This document shows positions 1 through 10,240 of a stretch of 64,000 nucleotides of DNA, in pieces (position 1 is the first letter of the stretch; each line of letters starts with the position of its first letter). Position numbers and translations under genes: made by a program. Origin of the DNA: an uncultured virus (IMG/VR IMGVR_UViG_3300016472_000848) (lineage: Duplodnaviria; Heunggongvirae; Uroviricota; Caudoviricetes). The stretch is from IMG/VR virus record IMGVR_UViG_3300016472_000848, positions 62,001 through 126,000 of that record, one strand, 5' to 3'. The notes beneath the pieces were generated by a model. The model was not told the DNA's origin and ran no database searches. It saw only the letters and a list, made by a program, of their open reading frames with translations.

Positions 1-2
1 AA

Positions 3-188
3 AAATTTAAAAATAAATCAAATAAAAAATGGAAGCTTAAAAAGCTAATTCCAATATTGCCTTCGGCACAGAATAAACCCGTACAAAATTCATCAAAATC
101 AGTAACGATAGATCAAAATCTAATAGATTTAGATAAAAATATAAGAGCAGGATTTACGGCAAAAAAAATTGAAAGGAAAGCCAAGTGA
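3..188 (+). CDS. partial CDS (C-terminal end of an upstream gene, function unknown)
   Basis: Frame 3 is open from the window edge to TGA at 186-188 (KFKNKSNKKWKLKK...KIERKAK*); the stop overlaps the GTG start of the next gene (GTGA). Confidence 0.55.
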   Translation, partial: KFKNKSNKKWKLKKLIPILPSAQNKPVQNSSKSVTIDQNLIDLDKNIRAGFTAKKIERKAK

Positions 189-1375
189 ACATGAGTGAGA
201 ATAAGAAAAAGGTTGTAATATTAAGAGCACCGCTATTATCGCAGAGTGGCTATGGTGTTCATGCTAGACAAATAGCACGTTGGCTTTTTCAATTGCAAGA
301 CTCTAGAAATGATTTAGAAGTCGTTTGCGAACCGTTACCTTGGGGCGCAACCCCATGGTTAATAGATCCAGAAGCAGAGGATGGTTTAGTTGGCAGAGTT
401 GTGCAAAGCACAAAACAGCTACCACATTATGACGTAAGTTTACAGCTTCAGTTACCAAATGAATGGAATCCATTCCTAGCAGAATATAACATTGGATTAA
501 CTGCTGCTGTAGAGGCAGATAAATGCAACCCAGCCTGGCTTTCGGCAGTTAATCGAATGGATTTAGTTATTGTGCCTTCTGAATTTGTTAAAAGCGTTTT
601 AACCAACACAGGAGAGGTAACTACAAAGGTAGAGGTAGTACCAGAATCTTTTATTGCCGAATGTTTGGACAATACGCTCCTTCCGCTTTCAGATCTTGAA
701 TTAGAAACAGATTTTAATTTCTTAATTTTTTCTCAATTTACGGGAAATAATCCAGAGAATGACAGAAAGAACATTCCTTATACCATAAAATGGTTTAATG
801 AAGCTTTTGCTGATAATCCAAATGTTGGAGTCATTGTAAAAACAAATATGGCTAGGCAAACAGTTTTAGATGAAATTAATTGCGTTTCAGTATTAACAAA
901 ATTAATATCAGAAACTCGTAAGGGTGTAGGTCCAAAATTTTATTTACTACACGGAGAAATGACGAGCGCAGAGATTGTTGGATTATACAAGCATCCAAAA
1001 ATAAAAGCTTTGGTATCTCTAACTCGTGGTGAAGGATTTGGATTGCCATTACTAGAGGCTGCTGTTTGCGGTAAACCAGTTATCGCAACAAATTGGTCTG
1101 CACACACAGAGTTTCTTTCACAAGGTAAATTTATAAAAATAGATTATAACTTGGCACCAGTCCATGAATCCAGAGTAGATAATCAAATTTACTTACCAGG
1201 ATTTAAATGGGCAAATCCTTCAGAAGAAGATTTCAAGAGAAAAGTTTTGAAATTTTATGAAAGCCCAAAGATTCCAGAACAATGGGCTACCGAACTGGCG
1301 GAAAAACTAAAAACTTCTCATTCTCCTGCTTCGATTAATGAAAAATATACTAAAGTATTAGAATCTGTTATTTGA
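185..1375 (+). CDS. glycosyltransferase, GT-B fold (GT4 family)
   Basis: N-terminal SGYGVHAR; C-terminal RK..., TRGEGFGLPLLEAAVCGKPVIATNWSAHTEF (E-x7-E GT4 signature). Start may be ATG 191. Confidence 0.9.
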   Translation: MNMSENKKKVVILRAPLLSQSGYGVHARQIARWLFQLQDSRNDLEVVCEPLPWGATPWLIDPEAEDGLVGRVVQSTKQLPHYDVSLQLQLPNEWNPFLAEYNIGLTAAVEADKCNPAWLSAVNRMDLVIVPSEFVKSVLTNTGEVTTKVEVVPESFIAECLDNTLLPLSDLELETDFNFLIFSQFTGNNPENDRKNIPYTIKWFNEAFADNPNVGVIVKTNMARQTVLDEINCVSVLTKLISETRKGVGPKFYLLHGEMTSAEIVGLYKHPKIKALVSLTRGEGFGLPLLEAAVCGKPVIATNWSAHTEFLSQGKFIKIDYNLAPVHESRVDNQIYLPGFKWANPSEEDFKRKVLKFYESPKIPEQWATELAEKLKTSHSPASINEKYTKVLESVI

Positions 1376-1376
1376 T

Positions 1377-1775
1377 ATGATGACTTTTATTGCTGTAATA
1401 TTACTTATTATCTGTTTGTTATTAAGTTCATCGCTAGGGTATGTACTATATAAATCATATCATTTAGCTAGAACAGTAATGATTCTTGAAGATGATTTGT
1501 CAGATGCAATCGAAGCAATAGAAAATGCAGAGAAGACTATGGATAGATTACTGAATATGAGATTGTTTTTTGACAGTCCTGAAGTAAAAAATACAGTACA
1601 GTCTTGCCTAGAAGAAGTGAAATTAGCTAAATTTGAAGTAAACAAAGTAGCACAAAAATTTGTTGAACGAAGTAACCAAAAATATATAATTGAAGAAGTT
1701 GTCGAAGAAGAAATTACAGAAGAACAATTGTTGCGAAATAAAGAAAGGCTTTTGAAATTAGATAATGAAAACTGA
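1377..1775 (+). CDS. hypothetical membrane-anchored protein
   Basis: Hydrophobic N-terminal helix (FIAVILLIICLLLSSSLGYVLY) followed by a helical/coiled-coil acidic region; tightly coupled to its neighbours. Confidence 0.7.
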   Translation: MMTFIAVILLIICLLLSSSLGYVLYKSYHLARTVMILEDDLSDAIEAIENAEKTMDRLLNMRLFFDSPEVKNTVQSCLEEVKLAKFEVNKVAQKFVERSNQKYIIEEVVEEEITEEQLLRNKERLLKLDNEN

Positions 1776-2511
1776 TTTAGAAATTAAAAAAAGAAAAAAA
1801 ATTACTAGAAAAAAGCCTGGGCAAAGTAAATCAATGATTTATTTTGATGAAACTACGCAGCAATCTATAGTAAATTATAAAAACGAACCAGATTTAGAGG
1901 TAAAAAAAGTAATTTATGTTAAAGAAATACTACCTTCTTTTGATTCTCTAGTAGAGAATTTAATTAATGTTTATGGTTTTAACGTTGCCTTTGAATCTAA
2001 GAATGATTTAAAAAGTGAATGTTTAGAATTCCTTTATACGGCTGTGGATAAATTTAATCCAGATAAAGGATCAAAAGCTTTTTCATATTTCAATGTTGTT
2101 GCAAAAAATTGGCTTACAATAAAAAGCAAACAAAATAATAAGAAAGTACAAAGTTACATATCGATAGACAACAAAGAAGACATTTCTAAAGAAGATTTGG
2201 AAATGATAGAAAATTTCAGCATCATACCATCATATGATGAAATTCTAATAGCGAAAGAAAATAAAGATTTATTTCAACATATTTTAAATGCAGTTGCCCA
2301 AAGAGTAAAGACAGAAAACGAAAAAAAATGCATAACTGCAATTCAATCATTGATAACAAGTGCAGATAGCATTGATTTACTTTCAAAAAGAGCAATTCTT
2401 ATTTATGTAAGAGAAATGACCGATTTATCAAGTAAGCAATTATCTATGGTTTTATCTTCTTTAAAAAGACACTATAAAGAAGTTCGTAAAATGGAAGAGT
2501 ACGAATACTGA
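1765..2511 (+). CDS. phage late-transcription sigma factor (T4 gp55-like)
   Basis: YFDETTQQSIVNY...DLKSECLEFLY..VDKFNPDKGSKAFSYFNVVAKNWL resembles sigma region 2 of gp55-like factors; lies upstream of the structural block. Confidence 0.7.
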   Translation: MKTDLEIKKRKKITRKKPGQSKSMIYFDETTQQSIVNYKNEPDLEVKKVIYVKEILPSFDSLVENLINVYGFNVAFESKNDLKSECLEFLYTAVDKFNPDKGSKAFSYFNVVAKNWLTIKSKQNNKKVQSYISIDNKEDISKEDLEMIENFSIIPSYDEILIAKENKDLFQHILNAVAQRVKTENEKKCITAIQSLITSADSIDLLSKRAILIYVREMTDLSSKQLSMVLSSLKRHYKEVRKMEEYEY

Positions 2512-2531
2512 GACAAATCTTGTATAAAGAA

Positions 2532-2539
2532 ATATTTAA
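2532..2539 (+). promoter_or_regulatory. putative late promoter motif ATATTTAA
   Basis: Intergenic copy of the recurrent ATA(T/C/A)TTA motif, ~30 nt before ATG 2568. Confidence 0.35.
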
Positions 2540-2567
2540 TATCTGAATAATCTTTATAGGATTTATT

Positions 2568-3137
2568 ATGCAAAAAGAAATAAAAGCTTCTTTAAAAGGT
2601 GATGCCAGCAAAGAAAATGAAAAAATAGTTCTCACTTCTGGTCTTCGTTCTCAAGGTGAGGTTAGAATAGAACAAAAATTTGATTTTGAAAGCTCATCAT
2701 GGAGATGCAATTTTACTGTAAATATATCAGAACCGGAAGGTATTTCTGATGTAGACGGTCAGGGCGGCGATGGTGTTCGAATGAAACTGTGTTCTGAGTC
2801 TGGACAGGAATTATTTGCAGTAACATTAGATACATATAAAAATTTAGAAAATCAAAGCGGTAATGAAGTTGTTATCTACTTTGAAGGCACCAGAGTAGCA
2901 CAAGCTGCTTGCAGAGAACGATTTAATGATGGGCAAGATAAAGAAGTAGAGGTAATCTACGATAATGAACTGGAGACAGTTGTTGTTAAAGTAAATGATT
3001 TAGCCGTAGTTGCTTATGCTTTTAACGATATTGCCTTTTATGAAATGGTAAAAGAACCTGTATTTTTATGTTTTTCATCTTTTACTGGTGATGCAGGCGG
3101 CAAGCATGAAATATTTAATATTTCTCTTGATTTTTGA
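2568..3137 (+). CDS. L-type (legume-like) lectin / concanavalin A-like domain protein
   Basis: GGDG, FAVTLDTYKN (cf. AVEFDTxxN) and FSSFTGDAGGKHEI match the hallmark segments of legume-type lectins. Confidence 0.65.
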   Translation: MQKEIKASLKGDASKENEKIVLTSGLRSQGEVRIEQKFDFESSSWRCNFTVNISEPEGISDVDGQGGDGVRMKLCSESGQELFAVTLDTYKNLENQSGNEVVIYFEGTRVAQAACRERFNDGQDKEVEVIYDNELETVVVKVNDLAVVAYAFNDIAFYEMVKEPVFLCFSSFTGDAGGKHEIFNISLDF

Positions 3138-3138
3138 T

Positions 3139-3756
3139 TTAGTCAAGCAAAATATAATTTTCAATAAAATAATTGGAAGCCATATCTGATAAAATTTGGT
3201 CAAAATCAAATCTATTCAATGATATCTTTTTTAAAAATGCTTTTCCTGGTAGATGCTTTTGATATTGCAAAGGTTTATTTATTTTATATTGGTAATACAA
3301 AGAACACTTAACGGTATCTTTGCCTTTAGAGCTTTCAAGAATTTTAATAATATCTCTATAAGATTCTTTAGGAGTTTTAGTAGTATCCTTTCTAAGATAA
3401 AATTTATCCCAAATTATCTTTGCTGCTGTACTTACCCTGTCTGGGTTGTCAGAAGTAAGAGAACAGGGAAATATATCGGTCATAGCCAATTCATATAGCA
3501 ATGGTCCATATCCATGTTCTGCTGCGATTGAAACTGTACTCCAGCACCCTTCTTTTGGATTTTTTTCTATTACAATACTACCTAAAATTGGATTTTCTTT
3601 ATCTGTTTTATAAAACGGATTTAGTTTAGTTAGTTCTTGTTCCTCTAAGGCTTTAAAAAATTTTTTTGTATCAAATATAACAATTCTTGTAAAGATTGCT
3701 TCTTTAATCAAGTATATTTTGATATTATTATCAAGATTTGATAATCTTTTTTTCAT
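3139..3756 (-). CDS. hypothetical protein, possible GNAT-like fold
   Basis: HGYGPLLYELAM...LTSD...VSTAAKIIW resembles the GxG acetyl-CoA-binding motif and the following strand/helix of GNAT proteins. Confidence 0.5.
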   Translation of the reverse strand: MKKRLSNLDNNIKIYLIKEAIFTRIVIFDTKKFFKALEEQELTKLNPFYKTDKENPILGSIVIEKNPKEGCWSTVSIAAEHGYGPLLYELAMTDIFPCSLTSDNPDRVSTAAKIIWDKFYLRKDTTKTPKESYRDIIKILESSKGKDTVKCSLYYQYKINKPLQYQKHLPGKAFLKKISLNRFDFDQILSDMASNYFIENYILLD

Positions 3757-3823
3757 ATATTAAAATTATAAAATTGTTAACTATGTTATTATTATATTCA
3801 TTACATTACAAGAAGTAAACAAT

Positions 3824-4276
3824 ATGAATAAAAGACCTCGGCATCAAATTTTAGAACCCACATCAAATGTTCAGATACCAGATGATACCTTAGATACAAT
3901 TGAAAAAGAACAAGAGGATCTTGATTCAAAAATTGAAAAACAAATGCAAGATTTTGCTTTTTTGCTAGATTCTCTTTCTACAGTAGAAGAAAAAACAAAA
4001 GCTTTATGGCGACAAATATATGAAAATGCTGTTCAGGATAGGAGAAATTCGTATCTAATGTGGATAGATTTATATAAAAGTGTTCATGGAAAACTTACCG
4101 AACATGCTATACATGGTGCTACTTTAGCAAAGTACATGGAACGAATGAACAAAACTAATGAACAGTTAATAAAGCTAGCTGAATTAGTTGGGAAGGCTAG
4201 CGAAGAAGAAATTGAAGAAAATATAACTGAAGAAGATATGTATGATAGAATTAACATGTTAAAAAATAAGGTTTGA
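3824..4276 (+). CDS. hypothetical helical protein
   Basis: 150-aa ORF, coupled to the downstream baseplate gene; no motif recognised. Confidence 0.7.
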   Translation: MNKRPRHQILEPTSNVQIPDDTLDTIEKEQEDLDSKIEKQMQDFAFLLDSLSTVEEKTKALWRQIYENAVQDRRNSYLMWIDLYKSVHGKLTEHAIHGATLAKYMERMNKTNEQLIKLAELVGKASEEEIEENITEEDMYDRINMLKNKV

Positions 4277-4279
4277 AAA

Positions 4280-5932
4280 ATGCCAGTTAAAGGTCGCGGA
4301 ATAACAGTAGCAAGAAGAGTCGTTGGAGCCAGTAATGTTAATAACATTTCTGAAGAGTTAAGAAATGTTAGAACCTCCGGATCGCCTCCCGTATTACAGC
4401 GAGCAGTTGTTATTGAGGTTATTTCTGATCCTTTTTCTTTGACACAGGATTATTTAGATCAATTATCAACTACAATTAACAATCCAGAGATTGTTGATAT
4501 TATGCCAATTAATTCTATTGTAGCTAGACTTGTAAGTTCAAATCAAGGTATCGACGGATCTAATAATATTATTTTGTTTCCATTTTTTTCTTCACATTTT
4601 TTAATGCCTGTAAATCCAGGCGAAACAGTTTATGTAATTTTTGAAAATTTTCAAAATCTTGGAACTAAAATTGGATTTTGGTTAACTAGAGGGCACGCAT
4701 ACAGAAGCATTGAAGATTTGAACTATACTCATGCCGACAGAATGTTTCAAGCAAATTTAAACCCTGGAAATTATTCTACTTCCGATAAAGAGTCCAGACC
4801 AGCAGAAAATCCGATCCCTGATTTCCCAAATGGTGGAGGTACAAGTAACTCTGTTACCTTAACGATAGGTGAAGATGGAGAAGACCCTTATACAAGCATT
4901 ATAGAAAATTCTTTAGCTTATCCATTAATTACTCCGGAGGCTGTACCGAGATGGATAAAAAGACCACAGGAATTGGTTCTACAGGGCTCTAATAATGCTC
5001 TATTGATGCTAGGGGAAGATAGAAATGGATCAATTACAGGAGCATCAGGTAGTAATCCAATTGATATAAAAGGTAAAGCAGGGACAGTAGATATTGTAGT
5101 CGGAAGAGGCAGATTCCTACCAGAACCAGGAGTAAATCCAGGAGATAGCGACACTTCTCCCACTAGCTGTAGAACAATTGAAAATACAAGAAATAATTTA
5201 GAAAATGATAAAGCGCCGTTCATTAGAAGTGAAAATAATACCGAAAATGTAAATGAAGGAAATCCAGACCCAATCAATGATGCTGCAAGAGTTTATATAA
5301 CTCAGCAAAGTAATGTTGATCTAAATTATCTGATTACAGGAGATGCTTCCGAAGTACAAGAATATCCTACTGGTGCATTGATCCCTGTTGAACCGGTGCC
5401 CGCAGGACCAAATGATGAATATAATAGATCTTATGTTGTAAGTAAGGCAGATCATATAAGAATTATTGCAAGGAAAGATCCAAATAGAGAAATAAATGGA
5501 ACAATTTTATTAATCAAACATGGAACACCAGCAGGCGGCGGAATTGGAGACGCCCCCAGCACGGATGAAGATTTGGCATACGTTTATATAAACGAAGAGG
5601 GCAAAATCCAAATTGATGGAAATAGAATTTATTTAGGTAGAACAGATGCCGATGGCGAACAGCCGTATATAAAATATACCGAATTTGAATCAATTATAAG
5701 TGCTTTGAAAGAACAAATAAAAAATTTAGCAGACCAAGTAAAAGATATTACTGATCAATATAACAATGCTTTCACTGCCGCTACTGCGATACCGTATTCT
5801 CCAATTGCTTCACTTAATTCAATTGGACCAATCGTTTCTCAAACTACAGCTCTAAAAATAGAGGAAATAAAAGGCAATATTGACAACATTGATCCTGAAA
5901 CTGTAAAATCTACGAAAATATTTGGAGAATAA
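4280..5932 (+). CDS. putative baseplate hub/central spike protein (gp5/VgrG-like)
   Basis: N-terminal OB-like segment (LMPVNPGETVYVIF...FWLTR), ELVLQGSNNALLMLG, C-terminal beta-strand run (KADHIRIIAR...KIQIDGNRIYLG), located just upstream of gp25/gp6. Confidence 0.6.
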   Translation: MPVKGRGITVARRVVGASNVNNISEELRNVRTSGSPPVLQRAVVIEVISDPFSLTQDYLDQLSTTINNPEIVDIMPINSIVARLVSSNQGIDGSNNIILFPFFSSHFLMPVNPGETVYVIFENFQNLGTKIGFWLTRGHAYRSIEDLNYTHADRMFQANLNPGNYSTSDKESRPAENPIPDFPNGGGTSNSVTLTIGEDGEDPYTSIIENSLAYPLITPEAVPRWIKRPQELVLQGSNNALLMLGEDRNGSITGASGSNPIDIKGKAGTVDIVVGRGRFLPEPGVNPGDSDTSPTSCRTIENTRNNLENDKAPFIRSENNTENVNEGNPDPINDAARVYITQQSNVDLNYLITGDASEVQEYPTGALIPVEPVPAGPNDEYNRSYVVSKADHIRIIARKDPNREINGTILLIKHGTPAGGGIGDAPSTDEDLAYVYINEEGKIQIDGNRIYLGRTDADGEQPYIKYTEFESIISALKEQIKNLADQVKDITDQYNNAFTAATAIPYSPIASLNSIGPIVSQTTALKIEEIKGNIDNIDPETVKSTKIFGE

Positions 5933-5933
5933 T

Positions 5934-6272
5934 ATGTCAATAAAAAATAAACAAGAATTAATCGATTTAATAAAGAATGCATTGGTTGAAGATTTATCAA
6001 AAATTCAAGATAAAATTGACATAGTAATTGAAGGTGGGGATAATCCAAAAATAGAAACAATTTATCCTAAAAAACAATTAGATTTGCAAGCAGAGAAGTT
6101 AGCTAATGTAATGATTGTGTATGTGAATTCAGAGATTCAGAATCTTTTTTCTTCATTAAATCAGCAAAATGCTTATACGGTAGCTAGTTCAGTTACAAAT
6201 AGTGTATTTAATAATGCAATTATTTCTCCCTCTCAAATAACCAACTATAAACCAATAATTCCTATAGAATGA
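5934..6272 (+). CDS. hypothetical baseplate-cluster protein
   Basis: Short ORF between the spike and gp25; ATG 5934 follows GGAG and is preferred to TTG 5922. Confidence 0.6.
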   Translation: MSIKNKQELIDLIKNALVEDLSKIQDKIDIVIEGGDNPKIETIYPKKQLDLQAEKLANVMIVYVNSEIQNLFSSLNQQNAYTVASSVTNSVFNNAIISPSQITNYKPIIPIE

Positions 6273-6318
6273 TTAGAAAAAAATATTAAAAATGAAATCG
6301 AAAAGTAATTAAAAAGGT

Positions 6319-6789
6319 ATGGCATTGATTTCTTTTAAAGATGTTGGAACAAAAGCATTTTCTAATTCTAATGCGAGAGCAAATGTTGCTCCAGTTCCCA
6401 TTGGAATAAAAACACCTTTAGAAATAGATGTTGAAGGTAAAAGTTTATTTCAAATGCATTTTGATTTAGCGTCTCAAATGGATGATAATCTTAGAAATTT
6501 AATTTTAACAAATTACGGCGAAAGATTAGGTCTGTATACCTTTGGAACAAATTTAAAACCTTTATTAACAGAATTCTCTAATAAAGAATATTTTGATACA
6601 GAAGCGATGATCCGAATAAATACTGCCGTTTCAATATATTTACCATTTGTTAATTTATTAGGATTTGAATCAAAAATTGATTATGAAAATAATGAATTTA
6701 CCGGAAAAGTAAAAATTACAGTTGCTTATTCGGTTCCGACTGCAAATTTAGGTGAAAGATTTTGCGAAGTGGAATTATTTGTGATATAA
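6319..6789 (+). CDS. baseplate wedge subunit, gp25-like
   Basis: NLRNLILTNYGERLG..TFGTNL..LL.E...I..A...YLPFV is the GPW/gp25 signature. Confidence 0.88.
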   Translation: MALISFKDVGTKAFSNSNARANVAPVPIGIKTPLEIDVEGKSLFQMHFDLASQMDDNLRNLILTNYGERLGLYTFGTNLKPLLTEFSNKEYFDTEAMIRINTAVSIYLPFVNLLGFESKIDYENNEFTGKVKITVAYSVPTANLGERFCEVELFVI

Positions 6790-6793
6790 AATT

Positions 6794-8647
6794 ATGACAT
6801 CTACAAGTAAAAAAGAATTGTTAAAAACCATTAAAGAACGAAGATATTTGAATAAAGACTTTGATTCTTTGAGAGCAGATTTGTTATCTTATGCCAGAAC
6901 ATATTTCCCGGATTCAATAAAAGATTTCAGTGAAGCTGGATTAGGTGGCTTGTTACTTGAAATGTGCGCTTACGTTGGCGATGTTCAGAGTTTTTATTTA
7001 GATCATCAATTTCAAGAAAATTTTCCAGATTCTTCAATTGAATTAAATAATATTGAAAGGCATTTGAAAAATGCTGGCGTTAAAATTACAGGGGCAGCAC
7101 CAGCAGTTGTAGAATTAACATTCTATATAGAAGTTCCTGCTGATTTAACTTCTGACATTAGCCAACCATTACGAGATGCACTTCCAAAAATAAACGCTGG
7201 GACTAGCTGTAAGGCAAATGGTGGTATTGAATTTGAATTAACAGAAGATTTAGATTTCGGAGCCATAGATTCCACAGGAAATTTAATTGCTTCTGTAACA
7301 ATAAGTAATACTAATTCCAACAACAGACCAACTTCATATATTTTAAGCTTAAAAGGAATTGCAATTTCTGGTACAAGAAAAGTAGAAAATATCCAAGTAA
7401 ATGGTTTTGAAAAATTCAAAAAAATTACTCTTGGACAAGAAAATATAACAGAAATTATTTCAGTTCGTGATTCCAGAGGTAACGAGTACTATGAAGTCGA
7501 AAGTTTAACTCAAGATACTGTTTATAAAGCAATAATAAATAATTCGATAGACAATCAATTGGTAAAAGAAAATTTAATTCCCATACCAGCTCCGTATAGA
7601 TTTATCAAAGACGGTCAATTATCGACAAGATTTACGATTTTAACATTCGGCGGTGGATCTGCTGAGTCTATAGATGACGATATCATACCGGACCCAAGTG
7701 AATTTGCATTACCTTTATATGGAAAAAAAGTATTTTCAAGATATACCTTGAATCCTGGTAATTTACTACAAACTTCTACATTGGGAATTTTAACTCCTAA
7801 CACAACATTAACAATAGAATATAGACATGGCGGAGGATTAGCGCACAACATTGAAGCAAATGTTGTAAGAAATATTACTAAATTGATAATAAATTTTCCA
7901 AGAAACCCTTCACCCGCTGTGGCACAATATGTGCGTAGTTCAACAGATGTAAAAAATTTAAGCCCTGCCACCGGGGGTGAAGACTCCCCTTCAGCAGATG
8001 AACTAAAGGCAAAAATTAGTTCATTTAGAAATTCTCAATCTAGAATTGTAACTAAAGAAGATTTGCTAGCAAGAATATATACAATGCCTAGTAATTTTGG
8101 CAGAGTCTTTAGAGCTTCGATTCAAGCAAATCCAAATAATCCATTAGCCACTCAACTTTTTATCATATCAAGAAATAATAAAAATCAATTAGTAATTTCT
8201 CCAGATTCTCTTAAAAAGAATTTATCTTTTTATCTGAATCAATATAGAATGATTTCCGACGCTATAGATATTTTGGATGCAAAAGTTATTAATTATCAAG
8301 TAAAATTTCAAGTTGTTATTGATCCTGCAATGAATAAAAATTTGGTAATGAAAAACGCAATGGCTAAATTAACAAAATTTTTTGATGTTAAAAACTATTA
8401 CATTGATCAACCTATAGTTTTAGCAGAAATACAAAATATCATCTTCAATACAAGAGGAGTAATTTCAATTGTTTCAGTTGAATTACAAAACATATCAGGT
8501 CAAGTTGGAAATTCAAATCCAAGAGTTTATTCTGAAATCGAATACGATTTCGCTGCTAACACTACAAAAGGAATAGTCTTTCCTCCTCCTGGTGGAATTT
8601 TTGAATTAAGATTTAAAGATTATGATATAATAGGCGCTGCCCTTTGA
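6794..8647 (+). CDS. baseplate wedge subunit, gp6/baseplate J-like
   Basis: YLNKDFDSLRADL..YARTYFP...DFSE...AYVGDVQSFYLD at the N-terminus; ATGGED...SQSRIVTKED near the C-terminus. Confidence 0.88.
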   Translation: MTSTSKKELLKTIKERRYLNKDFDSLRADLLSYARTYFPDSIKDFSEAGLGGLLLEMCAYVGDVQSFYLDHQFQENFPDSSIELNNIERHLKNAGVKITGAAPAVVELTFYIEVPADLTSDISQPLRDALPKINAGTSCKANGGIEFELTEDLDFGAIDSTGNLIASVTISNTNSNNRPTSYILSLKGIAISGTRKVENIQVNGFEKFKKITLGQENITEIISVRDSRGNEYYEVESLTQDTVYKAIINNSIDNQLVKENLIPIPAPYRFIKDGQLSTRFTILTFGGGSAESIDDDIIPDPSEFALPLYGKKVFSRYTLNPGNLLQTSTLGILTPNTTLTIEYRHGGGLAHNIEANVVRNITKLIINFPRNPSPAVAQYVRSSTDVKNLSPATGGEDSPSADELKAKISSFRNSQSRIVTKEDLLARIYTMPSNFGRVFRASIQANPNNPLATQLFIISRNNKNQLVISPDSLKKNLSFYLNQYRMISDAIDILDAKVINYQVKFQVVIDPAMNKNLVMKNAMAKLTKFFDVKNYYIDQPIVLAEIQNIIFNTRGVISIVSVELQNISGQVGNSNPRVYSEIEYDFAANTTKGIVFPPPGGIFELRFKDYDIIGAAL

Positions 8648-8656
8648 TGGATAAAA

Positions 8657-10237
8657 ATGTACAGAATATTAACAGCTAGTAAAGATACCTACCTAACCAA
8701 TAAAGTAATCGCAGGAAAAAGATGCGAAACGTCTAATGTTGGACAAGCTGGTACTTTAGATTTATTTCATTTATATAACGAAAGTATAATATCAAATTTT
8801 ACTGGTAGCGTAGAGGAAATTTCTAGAATTTTAATTCAATTTTCTTATGACGAGTTGACATCGTTAACTTCTTCTTTTTTAGATTTAAATAATTCCTCAT
8901 TTAAATGTTTTTTAAATTTAAAAAATGTCTATGGTGGTCAAACAGTACCAAGTAATTTTACTTTAAGAACATTGCCGCTATCGAAATCTTGGAACGAAGG
9001 AAGAGGATTTGATGTAATAGCATTTAGAGATCTTGATTCTGCGAATTATATTACCTCATCAAATGAAAATGGAACTGTTGTTAGCTGGTCATTAGGGGGA
9101 GCAGCAGCATCCGGTACATTAGGAAATGCAAATATAGATGTAATAACTTCTGGTAATTTAGGAAATGGACTTGAGGATCTTACTGTTTCTCAATTTTTCC
9201 CAAGAGGAGATGAAGACCTTTTTATAGATATTACAAAATTGGTATCTGCAAGTATTTGTGGCAATTTACCAAACTATGGTTTTAGAATAGGTTTTGTTGA
9301 TGCCGAAGAAACAGATACTACGACAAGATTCGTTAAAAGATTTGGATCAAGGCATACTAATGACAAGTCTTTGCATCCAAAATTAATCGTAAATTATGAT
9401 GATAAAATATTAGACGATTCAGGGTATCCACAGTTTAACGTATCTCAAAGTATTTTTGTTTATAATTTTATAAATGGAAATTATTTTAATTTTACTTCTG
9501 GAAGCAGTCAAATTACCGGGGCAAATTCATTACTTTATGAATTAATAGCTAGCAAAAGTGTAAGTTATCTAACGACAAGTTTTAGCATTTCCCATTCTGC
9601 TAGTATTACCTATAAAACTAGTTCACTTTCATATTTAACCAGAACATATTCTGGTTCTCAATTTGTTTTAAATGGCATTAATCAAACTGGTATTTATAAT
9701 GTAAATTTTAATTTAAATACCGTAGAAGATGTTGAGTTAAGAAATTATTTATCCGGGTCTGATAGTCAAGGCTTTTTAGCCTCATGGAAAAGTCTTGATA
9801 AACAAATCACTTATGCGAAACAATATGTAAATTATCAGGTTCCATTTGGCACATTCTCAAATACTTTCGATAAAAACTATACAGTTAATATTACAAATTT
9901 GAAACAAACTTATAGTAAGCAAGAAATAGCTAGACTTAGAGTTTTTATTCAAAATAACAATACAGAAATGATTGCATATAAATTTCCAACAGAAACTAAA
10001 TCTTTAATTCTTAAAGATATGAAATGGAGACTTTTAAAAGCATATAGCAAAAAAGAAGTTATTCCCTTTTCAGATCCTTATACTAGGTTATCAACAGATA
10101 ATTTGGGAATGTATTTTGATCTTTATATAAAAGATTTGGACATAAATGAACTTTACGAAATAGAATTAATGATAACAGATGCCGGTAGAGATTACTACAT
10201 AAAAGATAAAGGGTTTATATTTAAGATTATAAACTGA
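8657..10237 (+). CDS. virion structural protein (baseplate region; DNRLRE-like N-terminal domain)
   Basis: ASKDTY, SRILIQF, LSKSWNEGRG, NYGFRI, PKLIVNYDD motifs; position directly after gp6. Confidence 0.65.
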   Translation: MYRILTASKDTYLTNKVIAGKRCETSNVGQAGTLDLFHLYNESIISNFTGSVEEISRILIQFSYDELTSLTSSFLDLNNSSFKCFLNLKNVYGGQTVPSNFTLRTLPLSKSWNEGRGFDVIAFRDLDSANYITSSNENGTVVSWSLGGAAASGTLGNANIDVITSGNLGNGLEDLTVSQFFPRGDEDLFIDITKLVSASICGNLPNYGFRIGFVDAEETDTTTRFVKRFGSRHTNDKSLHPKLIVNYDDKILDDSGYPQFNVSQSIFVYNFINGNYFNFTSGSSQITGANSLLYELIASKSVSYLTTSFSISHSASITYKTSSLSYLTRTYSGSQFVLNGINQTGIYNVNFNLNTVEDVELRNYLSGSDSQGFLASWKSLDKQITYAKQYVNYQVPFGTFSNTFDKNYTVNITNLKQTYSKQEIARLRVFIQNNNTEMIAYKFPTETKSLILKDMKWRLLKAYSKKEVIPFSDPYTRLSTDNLGMYFDLYIKDLDINELYEIELMITDAGRDYYIKDKGFIFKIIN

Positions 10238-10240
10238 CAT

